DNA of 64,000 nt, taken from Caldisericia bacterium. GTDB taxonomy: Bacteria; Caldisericota; Caldisericia; JAAYUI01. How positions within the stretch are numbered: the first letter of the stretch is position 1; each line of letters starts with the position of its first letter. The notes below the pieces were generated by a model. That model was given only the letters and a program-made list of their open reading frames with translations, did no database searches and was not told the DNA's origin. The stretch lies in NCBI GenBank assembly GCA_963674785.1, contig OY771555.1:448001-512000 (forward strand), in the 5' to 3' direction. Shown here in pieces: positions 1 to 9,717 of this stretch. The position numbers were made by a program, and so were the translations under genes.

Positions 1-2
1 AT

Positions 3-2314
3 GATTCAACACTTATCACAAGAAAAAATATTGAAACAGGGGACTCTTACTCTTGGATAACATCATGCACACCAATTGAAGGGACAAAATGTGTTGGAAG
101 AGTAGTTTTTGATGATAATGAGGAGTTCTATAAATTCCGAAGGCAGGTATGGGATAAAACTGGTCATCTCTGGACATGGCCTTCACATAATCAAGATACT
201 TTCGACTATAACCCAATCTCTGAAGAAGCTATCACTATATCCGATAAACCATATGAGATTTATGTTGACACAGGAAAAGAATGGAATCGCTACTATATAA
301 CAGACGGTGAAATAGCAGTTAGTAGAACATACTCTAAGATTAAAGAAGAAAAATATCTTGTCTTCAACCGAAAAACCAGAGAACACATCGGATATTTACC
401 ATTTGAAATTGTTCGTATTACACCAGAGTATCTTGAAACAGGACGAGAAAACCTTGATGATGGAACCAGAAGACTTGTCAGATACAAGAGAGATACACTT
501 GAAGAGATCGAAAGGTCTGATGATTTTCCACATACCCTAGGGTTCAATTACTATAAAGGCATTAAGTTGTATGAAGAATACGAACTCATAGAAACTGAAA
601 ATAAAATTAAATACAATTACTACTATCGAATCAAAAAAGATAAGAATGTTATTCTCGAAAAACCTCAATATACCCACAAAAAAGAAAATGGAACCGAAGA
701 AAAAATCTTTTACGGCGAAATGCGCATCCAAGACCATTTTGCTGTCTACATCACAGATTTTGAAGTAGAGTTTTATGATCTTGATATGATAGATCCAGAC
801 ACTGGAGAGCCCAAGCTTGTCAAAGTCATCCCAATTCCAAACCGTGTTGAGCTGATTAGAAATGGCGATAATTTCATCTCTGCAAACTATGATGGAAGTG
901 GGATCAGAATTAGGAAGATCGATCCAGATAATCTCAGAGTAGACCCAACAAAAGAAATCTATCTGGAAAACATCAAAGACTATAACTGGAATGATGGATA
1001 TACAAACAGAATAAACCCTGATAATACTGGTATTTGGTTTATGGATATTCATGATGAAAAACTAAAACTCAGGCATTTCCAGTGGAATTCATTATGTCCT
1101 GATAAAGAAATAATTCTGGTTGATGAGATCGGTGGAAGTATTGAAGCAACAATCTGGGGTGGGATGAGAATATATGTAGCGGTAAGTGATGAAACTGAAT
1201 CAACTGTATACATGATTTCACCTGGTTTTGAGACAAAAAAGATACCTCTAGAAGAAAAATATAGAATCGTGACAATAACAGCTGATGGTGACAGGATCGC
1301 TCTTGCTGCCACTCTTGGGCATACGAGTAAATCTATTGTCGTAAACGCACAGGATGGATCAATAAAAAGCAAATACTATGGAAACGCTCATATTGGAGTT
1401 AAAGGGGATCTATTTATCGAGTTCAACAACTCCGCAGGTCAATTATACAAAATAGAAGTCTCGAAAGAATTTGTCAAGCAATAGTTCTTGGATACAAAGA
1501 TGGCTGTCTTTATATATCAGATTATGATAAAATAAAGGTCTTTGATATTGGGCTTCTCAAGTTCACGGATGAAGTTGATATAAATGGTGATCTTTATAAG
1601 GAAAATAATGGATATACTATGAAATCAACATCAACCAGAAACGCGATACTCTCAGATTATCTCTTTTTTGATTATGATGGAAACATAATTCAACATGCTC
1701 CGAAATTCAATTCAATTGAGATTTCTACTCCTTACGAAATCCATGGAAACTCACTTCTTAGAAATACAAATGGAATCATCATCAAGTCTGATCCTTGTCC
1801 CTCATACAGTTTGAAACAAGTAGAAAGTGATGACCCACTCAAAGTGAGTTTTGAAATCACAAACACAAGAACCGATGGACTTTCTGATGTTTTAGATGGT
1901 AAAGCCTTTGTTGTAGCCTGGGGTGAAAAGAAGGAAAGAGTTGGATACGAAAACAATGAAATCATCTATGCAGATGTCCCTGCCGCACCAATATGGGGCA
2001 ACCTTGATAGCGACGAAAAACTTGATATTGGTTCTCTTTCAAAAGGAGAATCGGTGATACTTTCATTTACACTTCCAAAACCTAACTCTGTTGTTCAACA
2101 TCCCGAATTTGATTATTCAGATTCAGATGACCCAAATGATCTGAAATATGTTGCTCTTGTTACCTACTCAAATGGACTACTCGATGTAGCAAACTCTGAG
2201 CTTTCTGAAATTGATGACAAAGTAAGACCACTTTTTGATGGAACACCAGTTTCATTTGAGGATCAGAAGGCTGTATCTTTGACTGTGTGGGAAATCGGTG
2301 ATTTGATGAAATAA
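3..2314 (+). pseudogene. 5'-partial secreted beta-propeller-like protein with conserved C-terminal domain, split by a 1-nt frameshift near 1449-1452
   Basis: Frame 3 is open from base 3 to TAG 1484. Frame 2 is open from at least 1442 (NRSLERICQAIVLGYKDG...) through ORF 1619-2314, whose C-terminus (PCPSYSLK...SNGLLDVANSELSEIDD...KAVSLTVWE) matches that of 2332-4710. Confidence 0.7.
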
Positions 2315-2331
2315 AAAAAGGAGCGTATCTC

Positions 2332-4710
2332 ATGAAAAAGGTTTTGTTTTTAGTGACCATCATCTTGGTAGCATCAATTGGGTTTTCATATGCCTCAGAA
2401 ATAAAATTAACCGCTCCATATCTTCCCTGCGGCACCTCTGGAGTCGGATGTACTAGTATTGGCAGGTTTACAGATGGAAAAATCCTGATAGATAATCATA
2501 ACTCATATCAAGTTTATGATGTAGAAACTTATACTTTCTCAAAACTGGATTTGGGGACAGAATCAATCTGTCAAATCGAAAAAGATTGGTATGTAACTTC
2601 CACCCAATTTGATATGGAACTCTTCAAATATACCATCTATCCAGATATGAAAGAATTCATCTCAACAAATTCAAAACCATTATTCCTCGATAAATCCGGA
2701 ACAAATATCCAGTTTTCCAAAGATTCAAAAACAATTACAAAATTTGATCATACCGGTAAAACTATATGGACAAAAGAGACCGGTTTAGAACCAAAAAGCT
2801 CTTCTGAATTATTCAAAATAAATGATGATTTTTTTGTGGTTTCAACAACTGGAGAAACAGAGATATTTGATGTGGAAAATGGGGAGCTGAAACATCACCT
2901 TGATTTTGGAGTCAGCAAATGGGCTGAAAACATTTCATCTGAAAAACTGGCAATTCTTTCAGGCAGGATTTATTCTCTACCTGATTTCAAACTTATTACT
3001 GAAATTGTTGATGCTGAACTCTTTGAACTAGATGATGATGGTTTTTCAGCAGTTTTTAAAAACGATAATTCAATTGAGCTCATATATTTTGATTCTTCCG
3101 GGAAAGACATTGAAACGCTCAGTTATGAAATAAAACTAGAGGAAAGAAAGCATCCACTTCAAAGAATCGGTGAACACCTTTTGGTTCTTCATGAAAAAAA
3201 TCAGTCATTTGATGTTATCAACATTCGAACCGGAGAAATTGAAAAATTATTTCCATATCAAAAGCTCGATGAAAACCAATTCAGAGGATTCAAAATAAAG
3301 GATTGCTTCATGCTCTATCATGGAAGAGTCATGAATATCTACAATCCTGTCACAACTGAACTGAAGGAGATTGAAGTTCCCACAAGAATGCGCATGATTG
3401 ATGATGATCATTACTGGTACTATGGCTCAGACAATATCACCATAAAATCACTTGATACTGATTTTGAAAGGACTATTCCGATTGTTCCCGGTGGATATGA
3501 TTATTATGAAGAGGGTTATGGGATATTGTTTGAGATTGATGGAGAGAATATTCTCGAGTTTACAGTTCCAAAGGATTCCAAATACTGCCCCATCATACAC
3601 AGTGAAAAAGTTAGAACAAAGATTCCAAGACCAATTGATGGAAGACTTATCAGTTATGAAAATGGATACGGACTTTTCAGGATAATGCATGGTGAATACT
3701 ACGACTATTCATATTATCTATATGAATTCAAAGACAGAAAGTGGAATCTGCTCAAAAGTTGGGAGCATGTTGATGGCTATTATTTTGAGATAAATCGTGA
3801 GAAGCAATTACTCTCTATCCGATTCGATATGGATCTGCAGATACTTGATTTAAGTAGTCTTGAGATTATCAATGAACTTAAAATGGCTTTTTACTCATCC
3901 GAGAGAGCTGTTTTCATGATTGATGATCTTCTCTACACAAATGTGAGGGTTTTTGATTATTCAGAAGAATCTTTGTACTCGGGGAAGAAACTGGAATACC
4001 TGGGAAGAGATGATAATAACCTTTATTTCAAGGATGGTCATTATTTCATTACCATCGAAGATGGAAGATCAGCAAAATGGATTAAGTTTGAAGATGATGA
4101 ACCTGAAGCTCCTTTTGGTAACAATGTTTATGCTCCACCATTTTTGTATGATATGAATGTAAATCGGATTCAGTGGCTGCCATATGGAACCAGTTACAAT
4201 GCTCCATCATCAAACAAAATTTGTAGTTTTGTTGATGATGACTCAGTTTGTCTTATGTCAAAAAAAGAGTATAGTGGTTCGGCAACTCCAATCACAAAAT
4301 ATAAACCCTGCCAGACTTTTTCCCTGAAAAAACTGGAATCAGAAAACCCTGATGAAGCCACATTTGAAGTAAAAGCAACAAGAGATGATGGGTTATCAGA
4401 AAAGTTTTCAGGTGAATTTTATCTCATCTCCTGGGATACAGACAACACCAAGCCCATTTTTGCCCCTCTTGGTGAAAGCATAGAGATTACAAGCCTCAAA
4501 CCAGGATTATCAAAAAAAATCACATTCACGCTTCCAGAGTCATCTGAAAATGTTGTATTGGTAACAAAATCAAATGGTCTACTTGATGTAGAAAACTCAG
4601 AGCTTTCAGATATTGATGATTTGTTCAGAACAAAATATGATGGAATAATAACTTCATTTGAGGAGCGAAAAGCCGTTTCTTTGACAATCTGGGAGGGAGT
4701 GAAAAAATGA
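2332..4710 (+). CDS. Secreted beta-propeller-like protein (792 aa) with conserved C-terminal domain
   Basis: RBS AAGGAG; signal peptide MKKVLFLVTIILVASIGFSYA; beta-rich repeats (GKTIWTK); C-terminus PCQTFSLK...KAVSLTIWE. Confidence 0.8.
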   Translation: MKKVLFLVTIILVASIGFSYASEIKLTAPYLPCGTSGVGCTSIGRFTDGKILIDNHNSYQVYDVETYTFSKLDLGTESICQIEKDWYVTSTQFDMELFKYTIYPDMKEFISTNSKPLFLDKSGTNIQFSKDSKTITKFDHTGKTIWTKETGLEPKSSSELFKINDDFFVVSTTGETEIFDVENGELKHHLDFGVSKWAENISSEKLAILSGRIYSLPDFKLITEIVDAELFELDDDGFSAVFKNDNSIELIYFDSSGKDIETLSYEIKLEERKHPLQRIGEHLLVLHEKNQSFDVINIRTGEIEKLFPYQKLDENQFRGFKIKDCFMLYHGRVMNIYNPVTTELKEIEVPTRMRMIDDDHYWYYGSDNITIKSLDTDFERTIPIVPGGYDYYEEGYGILFEIDGENILEFTVPKDSKYCPIIHSEKVRTKIPRPIDGRLISYENGYGLFRIMHGEYYDYSYYLYEFKDRKWNLLKSWEHVDGYYFEINREKQLLSIRFDMDLQILDLSSLEIINELKMAFYSSERAVFMIDDLLYTNVRVFDYSEESLYSGKKLEYLGRDDNNLYFKDGHYFITIEDGRSAKWIKFEDDEPEAPFGNNVYAPPFLYDMNVNRIQWLPYGTSYNAPSSNKICSFVDDDSVCLMSKKEYSGSATPITKYKPCQTFSLKKLESENPDEATFEVKATRDDGLSEKFSGEFYLISWDTDNTKPIFAPLGESIEITSLKPGLSKKITFTLPESSENVVLVTKSNGLLDVENSELSDIDDLFRTKYDGIITSFEERKAVSLTIWEGVKK

Positions 4711-6272
4711 AGAAAACAAAAATCATTGGCTTTACGATAGTTATTATCATTACAGCTTTTCTTTTCTTAACAATCGCAGCAGGCAAAAATACTACTGAGA
4801 ACACCGGACATTTTGGTTACCCATACTTTTTTTCATCAGTTTCACAAGATGGTTTTTTCCAGATGATTTCACTAAAGTGTGGCTTATCACAATTTAGAGA
4901 TGTTGAATCTGGTAGACTAATCAGCGTTTATGACCATGATGTTTTTGCAGATCATCCAGAAATCATTGGTAAGTACATCCAAACACTTGGAGAAGATGAA
5001 CATGGAAAAATCAATGAAATATATCTGGAAGACCGAGATGGAAACAAGCACACCCTCGACCCAAAAGATGGTATGCAAATTCTACTTTTTGATGATGAAA
5101 TAATTCAGCTTCATCAAGAGTTCGGCAAAGATGACAGGAAGATTTGGCGGGAAGTTGATGGCAAGATAATTTGGGAGCTTGGATTTTCAGAGGAATCAGG
5201 CATGTCAGGCGATTTTGGTCAAGAAATAAATGGATTTCAAACAACCGATCTTTTTAGAGACTATGTTTGGATAATTGACAATGAAAACTTAGAGTACAAA
5301 GTGCTTGACCCTAGGGATGGTGAAACATGTTATGAGATAGGTAGCCAGATTTTAACTGGTTTCAAAACCAATGGTTTGCTTGCTGTTTTGACACTTGAAA
5401 ACCTAGATCATAAAAGAAAGATGATATCAGTGGTAAACACAGATACCTGGGAAACAGTTTTCGAAATTAAAAAAGATGAGTACTTCAAATCCTATATCTA
5501 TGAAAACAAAGCAACAATTGTCATTGGTCCAAAACCTAGTGGAATCTGGGATAAGATCACCCACAAGGTTTATATTATCGATAAAGATAATGGACTTGAG
5601 GGTGAATATCAGGTGACTTTTCCAACTCCATATGTCAAAGGGTCGACAAGCCTAAAAAATGCAAAAGAGCATCTACTTTGCTATTCCATTCCCACAAAGA
5701 ACGGACTGATAATCAAAGATGCAAGAACAGACACAACCATTTGGGAACCAGATTATTTGATATATTATCCAATAGTCAGAGTTTCAGGAGACACGATGGT
5801 CATCGGTAATGGCTCAGAATCTGTTATTGCACTGGATACAAAGAATTTTGATATACTTTGGAAATACAGACTTACGAACACCCAAGAAGTGGTAGCTGAA
5901 TTTGACGGACTTGAATACATCAGAGTCGAGCATGTTATCAAGGTCAGGGATACAAAATTTAATGTGATTGAGCCATATGAATACGATATTTCTGATTCTC
6001 TCGCTGAGGCTGATTGCATTCCCTCAAAATATGGATTGGTCATTGTTCCAAACTCAAAGTATAGCACCTTACATGAAATCAGCTTTCTAAAACCTGGAAT
6101 AGATGAGCCAGTATACTCAAAATTCATTAGAGGTCGGTGGGTAGAGAGCTGGGAAAGAATGGATAACCCTGAATACATCAAGCTTTCAACAACCAGCAAT
6201 GAAAGCTACATGAAAGACATTGTTTGGTACCTGCATATTCCAACAGGATTTATGTCAATTGAAGCACCATGA
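4707..6272 (+). CDS. Secreted PQQ-like beta-propeller protein, paralog family 2
   Basis: N-terminal hydrophobic segment; DGKIIWE and DILWKY blade motifs; EFDGLEYI...EPYEY...KPGIDEPVY block shared with the next three genes; ATGA overlap with the upstream gene. Confidence 0.8.
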   Translation: MKKTKIIGFTIVIIITAFLFLTIAAGKNTTENTGHFGYPYFFSSVSQDGFFQMISLKCGLSQFRDVESGRLISVYDHDVFADHPEIIGKYIQTLGEDEHGKINEIYLEDRDGNKHTLDPKDGMQILLFDDEIIQLHQEFGKDDRKIWREVDGKIIWELGFSEESGMSGDFGQEINGFQTTDLFRDYVWIIDNENLEYKVLDPRDGETCYEIGSQILTGFKTNGLLAVLTLENLDHKRKMISVVNTDTWETVFEIKKDEYFKSYIYENKATIVIGPKPSGIWDKITHKVYIIDKDNGLEGEYQVTFPTPYVKGSTSLKNAKEHLLCYSIPTKNGLIIKDARTDTTIWEPDYLIYYPIVRVSGDTMVIGNGSESVIALDTKNFDILWKYRLTNTQEVVAEFDGLEYIRVEHVIKVRDTKFNVIEPYEYDISDSLAEADCIPSKYGLVIVPNSKYSTLHEISFLKPGIDEPVYSKFIRGRWVESWERMDNPEYIKLSTTSNESYMKDIVWYLHIPTGFMSIEAP

Positions 6273-6291
6273 TTCAAAAGGGAGAGTTATA

Positions 6292-7848
6292 ATGCAAAGG
6301 TTTTATCTAATAATCTGTTTCACAATTATTTTGGTGATTATTTTTTCTGTTTCTGTTTCAAGTGCAGAAAACAAAAACTCTGAAATAGGTTATCAGTTCA
6401 AGTTTGCAGGTATATCTGATAATGGTTTTTTTCAAATGAAATCCGATAAACTGGGAGTATCAGAGTTTAGGGATTTGGGAAGTGGAAGATTGATTGCAAG
6501 GATTCCCCACACGAAAGATTTCACACCATCAGTTTACGATAATAACAAGATTTTTCTGGGTTACGCAAAACAAGATGAACACTATATTTACAATTTTATG
6601 GATAGAAATGGAGTTGAAAGCAGCATAAAACGTAGGGCGGGACTTGAATATTTCACATCAAATAATGAAGAAATTGGTATCAAGATAGAATCTTTTGTGG
6701 CCGATAATAAAAATAAAGTCAAACTAACTGGTTCAGATGAAAATGGAGATATTGTTTGGCAAAAAGAATTCTTTGGGTCATGGGTGCAAGCAAAAGCTCC
6801 TCAGAATGATTTCGTGTATAAACATCATCTCTGGCTAACAAACTCATATGATAACTCGACAAAACTGGTAAACCCAGCTGATGGAGAGACACTTCTTGAG
6901 TTTGATTTCAGTATTCGAAATTTGCAAACCAATGGATATATAACGATTTTGTCTAGTGCTAATCTAACTGAACCACATCATTTAGCACTCAATATGGAAA
7001 ATCTGGAAACTGTCTGGACAAGCGGCAAACCAGAACCTTATCTGACATTCATAAACAGTGGCCAGCTGACAATCCTTTTTTACAGTACAGACCACAATTT
7101 TAATGAAGCAATGAAAGTTGAGGGCTTTGTTGTTGATAAAGACCATGGACTTAAGGAGTCATACACCTTCACAATTCCTGGATATGAAGCAGATCTCAGT
7201 CTTGTTTCCCCAAAAATGATTTATGATGCGGTAGGTCATTACATATGCCACACATCTGCCGACAAAAAACACATGGTTTTGAAAGATGCAAGATTTGATT
7301 TGAAACTACTTGAAATTGATGCAGACTACTATGCCTTGGGTGCAGTTTTCCACGAACACTATTTACTCTACCAGACTCTCACAAAATGTGGACTTATTGA
7401 TATAAACAAACTAGAACATGTCTGGAAATTTGATATTACACCATACCAGAGAAGAGTTGCTGAATTTGATGGACTTGAATACATCGAAGAGGTTGGAAAA
7501 ATCATCGTAAGGGACATCAAGTTTGACAGCTTGGAACCATATTTCTATGATATTTCAGGTTTAGGATATCCAGCTCGTGTTGCTTTTATCCCAACAAAAT
7601 TTGGCTTACTGCTGATCCCTAATTCAGGAAACAATAACTCATTCAATGAGATAACATTGATGAAACCAGGAATTGATAAACCAGTTTATTCTCACTATAT
7701 TCAATCAGGTTGGCTCAAAAGTTGGGAGCGAACTGAAGATGATGAAATCATCAAACTTATTTGGACATATCATGGCGATAAGATTGATGATGACACATGG
7801 TACTTGCATGTCCCAACGGGAATTCTTTCAACTGACCCACCAAAATAA
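6292..7848 (+). CDS. Secreted PQQ-like beta-propeller protein, paralog family 2
   Basis: RBS GGGAGAG before ATG 6292; signal peptide; clear paralog of 4707-6272 (GFFQM..FRD..SGRLI; EFDGLEYI; WYLHVPTG). Confidence 0.8.
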   Translation: MQRFYLIICFTIILVIIFSVSVSSAENKNSEIGYQFKFAGISDNGFFQMKSDKLGVSEFRDLGSGRLIARIPHTKDFTPSVYDNNKIFLGYAKQDEHYIYNFMDRNGVESSIKRRAGLEYFTSNNEEIGIKIESFVADNKNKVKLTGSDENGDIVWQKEFFGSWVQAKAPQNDFVYKHHLWLTNSYDNSTKLVNPADGETLLEFDFSIRNLQTNGYITILSSANLTEPHHLALNMENLETVWTSGKPEPYLTFINSGQLTILFYSTDHNFNEAMKVEGFVVDKDHGLKESYTFTIPGYEADLSLVSPKMIYDAVGHYICHTSADKKHMVLKDARFDLKLLEIDADYYALGAVFHEHYLLYQTLTKCGLIDINKLEHVWKFDITPYQRRVAEFDGLEYIEEVGKIIVRDIKFDSLEPYFYDISGLGYPARVAFIPTKFGLLLIPNSGNNNSFNEITLMKPGIDKPVYSHYIQSGWLKSWERTEDDEIIKLIWTYHGDKIDDDTWYLHVPTGILSTDPPK

Positions 7849-7860
7849 TTGCATCCGATC

Positions 7861-7894
7861 TTTCAACTTAAAGTATAGCTGTGGAGTACTTGTA
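7861..7894 (+). promoter_or_regulatory. 34-bp intergenic element, copy 1 (putative alternative-sigma promoter or operator)
   Basis: TTTCAACTTAAAGTATAGCTGTGGAGTACTTGTA; 2 mismatches to 9669-9702. Confidence 0.5.
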
Positions 7895-8006
7895 CAGAGG
7901 ATACAGGTTATGTGCGACAATCTCAGATTTAAATTTGGTGGAAGAAGATTTGGGAAATATAGAAATGGTTGAGTTTCACAAGGTACAGCAAAAAAGGTGG
8001 CAAACT

Positions 8007-9656
8007 ATGAGGGCAAGAGTGGTTACTGTTGTGATTATCGGTCTTGTTTTATTTTCTACAATTGGGATATTGTCTCTAAACGCTGATTCTAAAACAAGAA
8101 TCGAGAATCATTTCTATGGGTTCAGAGAGGTAAAATCATATTCTAATAATGCCTTAAAATGCTTTGTTTCTTATTCGGGTGAAAAATATCAGGTAAGAGA
8201 CGCAAAAACCTTTAGGTTACTAAGTTCAGGATTTTTGAAAAAGGAATCAGAGCAGGTAGCTGGATTGTTTGATGATTTCGTCATAATCTGGAATAAAACA
8301 GAACCAGTAGATTACCAGGAAAAACAGAAATTCACGTTCACCGATTTTGATGGGAATAGGACTAACCATGAATTTTACAGCAAACTCTCATATATTAGTC
8401 CAGGAGAGAATCCAATAATTATTTCTTCTCGATCTGGAAAAGATTTCAAAATTCACATTGAGGCTACTCAAAATGGAAAAACCACATGGGAGAAAGATGA
8501 TGCAACCTATATCAGTGAATTCAAGAATAATGAATGCCCAATGTGGACACAGACGACAAACCAAAATGTCAAGATATTAGATCCAGAGACCGGAGATACC
8601 CTTTATTCACTGAACAATGCTGAACTAACAGAAGAAATGAATAAGAAAATTACAGTTCTAAGAACAAATCGCGAAACACACTCAGATAAAGAAGTTGAAT
8701 TTGTGTTTATTGATAACACCAAAAAACAGGAATTCTACAGAATGAACGTGCAATATGATGATAGGTTTATTTTTCACTTTGATGATGAAAATGTATTTTT
8801 GTTCAAGCTTCCAGAATGGCAAGAAACACCACCGAAAAAGTTTGAATTACAAGTCACCTGTATAAATCTTCATGAGGGAGAGGTTTTAAATAGAAAGCTT
8901 GAAATTGATGATGTATCATCAACAAATAAATGGTCGCTGTCTAAATCAGACATCTTGGGATACACCCTTGCCTATTGGAATGGGGAATCTTCGAAGCTTC
9001 AACTCATTGATCTCAGAACAAACAACATTCTGTGGAAAAGCAAAAAACTTGGAACAACACATGAGCTGAAGTTTTTCGACCATTACCTGTATCTAGATGG
9101 AAAAACAAACATTTCATGCTTTGACATCAATAAAAAGAAGTATGTTTACTGTATAAAAAATGCATCAACTGGTGGATATGAAATTGTTGAGCACAAAGGT
9201 CTGGAGTATTTCATCTATAGGTTCCCAACTGATAAATCCGAGCTGTTTGATGTAGAAATAAAAGTTGCTGACAAGAGGACTGGCAACCTTGAACCTTTTG
9301 AATACAAAATAAAAGATGTTTTAAGCTCAACATATACTTTATTCGACATAATTCATCCCACAAAACATGGAGTCCTCCATATCCCAAGATTCATCAGATC
9401 AAAAAGAATATCCCTTTACAAACCAGGTGTAGATGAGCCTTACTATGAAACTGACCCAATCTTTTTTGAGAGAGCATTTGACGTAAACAGTGTTTCCTAT
9501 GTCAGAGATGGGGAGTTTTTGGAGCTTCGATGCTCAAAAAACTATAACAATCTAATCTCTGATGAGGATACAGTAAATATCTATCTAGAGATTGAAACGG
9601 GGAAGATTTTTGACAAGGAAAGATATGAAAGGGAGATCATCGGTGAGACAAAATAA
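8007..9656 (+). CDS. Secreted PQQ-like beta-propeller protein, paralog family 2
   Basis: ATG 8007 after AAGGTGG gives a signal peptide (MRARVVTVVIIGLVLF); GLEYF..EPFEY..PTKHG..KPGVDEPYY. Confidence 0.75.
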   Translation: MRARVVTVVIIGLVLFSTIGILSLNADSKTRIENHFYGFREVKSYSNNALKCFVSYSGEKYQVRDAKTFRLLSSGFLKKESEQVAGLFDDFVIIWNKTEPVDYQEKQKFTFTDFDGNRTNHEFYSKLSYISPGENPIIISSRSGKDFKIHIEATQNGKTTWEKDDATYISEFKNNECPMWTQTTNQNVKILDPETGDTLYSLNNAELTEEMNKKITVLRTNRETHSDKEVEFVFIDNTKKQEFYRMNVQYDDRFIFHFDDENVFLFKLPEWQETPPKKFELQVTCINLHEGEVLNRKLEIDDVSSTNKWSLSKSDILGYTLAYWNGESSKLQLIDLRTNNILWKSKKLGTTHELKFFDHYLYLDGKTNISCFDINKKKYVYCIKNASTGGYEIVEHKGLEYFIYRFPTDKSELFDVEIKVADKRTGNLEPFEYKIKDVLSSTYTLFDIIHPTKHGVLHIPRFIRSKRISLYKPGVDEPYYETDPIFFERAFDVNSVSYVRDGEFLELRCSKNYNNLISDEDTVNIYLEIETGKIFDKERYEREIIGETK

Positions 9657-9668
9657 CTCCACCCGTTT

Positions 9669-9702
9669 TTTCAACTTAAAGTGTAGCTGCGGAGTACTTG
9701 TA
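9669..9702 (+). promoter_or_regulatory. 34-bp intergenic element, copy 2
   Basis: TTTCAACTTAAAGTGTAGCTGCGGAGTACTTGTA directly before the RBS GAGGTG of 9718. Confidence 0.5.
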
Positions 9703-9717
9703 AAAGAGAGGTGAAAT

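Noticed and set aside
7910-7972. 20-codon ORF MCDNLRFKFGGRRFGKYRNG after the 34-bp element
   Set aside because: It has a weak RBS but no other support; cannot be distinguished from chance
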